Source of the DNA: Takakia lepidozioides
Taxonomy: Eukaryota; Plantae; Bryophyta
DNA length: 64,000 nucleotides
Direction of reading: 5' to 3'
NCBI GenBank assembly: GCA_030704615.1
Contig: CM060734.1
Span: 17,360,001-17,424,000, forward strand
The translations under genes and the position numbers were made by a program. The notes below the pieces were generated by a model, which worked only from the letters and a program-made list of their open reading frames with translations, was not told the DNA's origin and did not search any database. Positions 63,306-64,000 of this stretch are shown here, piece by piece (position 1 is the stretch's first letter; the number at the start of each line of letters is the position of its first letter).

Positions 63306-64000
63306 AGGGGGGGCTGCTATTTTATGAGCGGCATGAGCATGAGCGGAAAAAAAAAAAGCATGAGCGGGCCGAATTGTGTCCACGGAAATAGGGTTATGTG
63401 GACTCGTCATAGCAATGAAATGCAACATTTTATTGCAAATTTGGTGGCAAGCCACGTCTATACAAGTGTGTCCTAACTGTCATAGCAGGAATGGGAACTA
63501 CTCTCTTACACCTTCCGAGGAACTTGGCCCTCCTTCTTCCTCATCCCCCTCATCCCCCCCATCCTCCGAGCTCTGTGATGCATCGGTTGCAGTATGCCTC
63601 TCAAAAATGCCGTCCTCTCCTTGGGGGACTGTCCACCTCACCTCCTGGGAATCTTCTGCCTCTTCTCCCCCACTTTCCTCAGCAGAATCCAACACAAATC
63701 TACGAGCCCGACGGGCTCTAATAGCTGCTGCCTCCTCCCTCATCTTCATTTTCTTGAGGCTTGCCTCGTCTAAAATCTGCTGTACACGACTAGGTTCGGA
63801 ACACCTCCTAATGGACACCGAAGCAAGCCGGGCAGCATAAGTAGGAAGGATGTAGTCCCTTTCTGGACTAGGCATGAAATCCCCCCTGGCAAAAAAAGGC
63901 ACGTTCCTCCTGCCCATGAACTCCGGTGTAGACGTCCTTCCTGCCGTACTTGGCATCCTACAGTAAGAACAGGGGGCTGCTATTTCATGAGCCATGAGCC
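63306..64000. mobile_element. Possible transposon ends: direct repeat GGGGGCTGCTATTT(T/C)ATGAGC
   Basis: Motif at ~63310 and ~63972, each followed by ATGAGC subrepeats. They flank an acidic minus-strand ORF 63498-63995. Confidence 0.45.

Overview
Eukaryotic, intron-containing plant DNA. The gene content suggests a non-seed land plant, but that is inference. The window is heavily rearranged and rich in transposon debris. The only intact host gene is a 10-exon DDX5/DBP2-type DEAD-box helicase (35443-45026). Other host genes are disrupted: F-box, GH3 beta-xylosidase, RPN2, and a glucosidase II beta subunit split by a ~2 kb inversion. The main result is two diverged copies (A: <1-6596; B: ~53650-61812) of a two-gene DNA transposon. 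Each has a GCM-domain MULE-type DDE transposase set head-to-head with a spliced gene for a ParB/Sulfiredoxin-fold protein (WDGNHR motif). The introns of that gene carry regularly spaced palindrome arrays with a shared CGTCAACG core and copy-specific arms, resembling a ParB/parS module on a eukaryotic transposon. A 14.4 kb fold-back array of a ~2.95 kb repeat, Harbinger transposase and Myb genes, and LINE and LTR fragments fill most of the rest.
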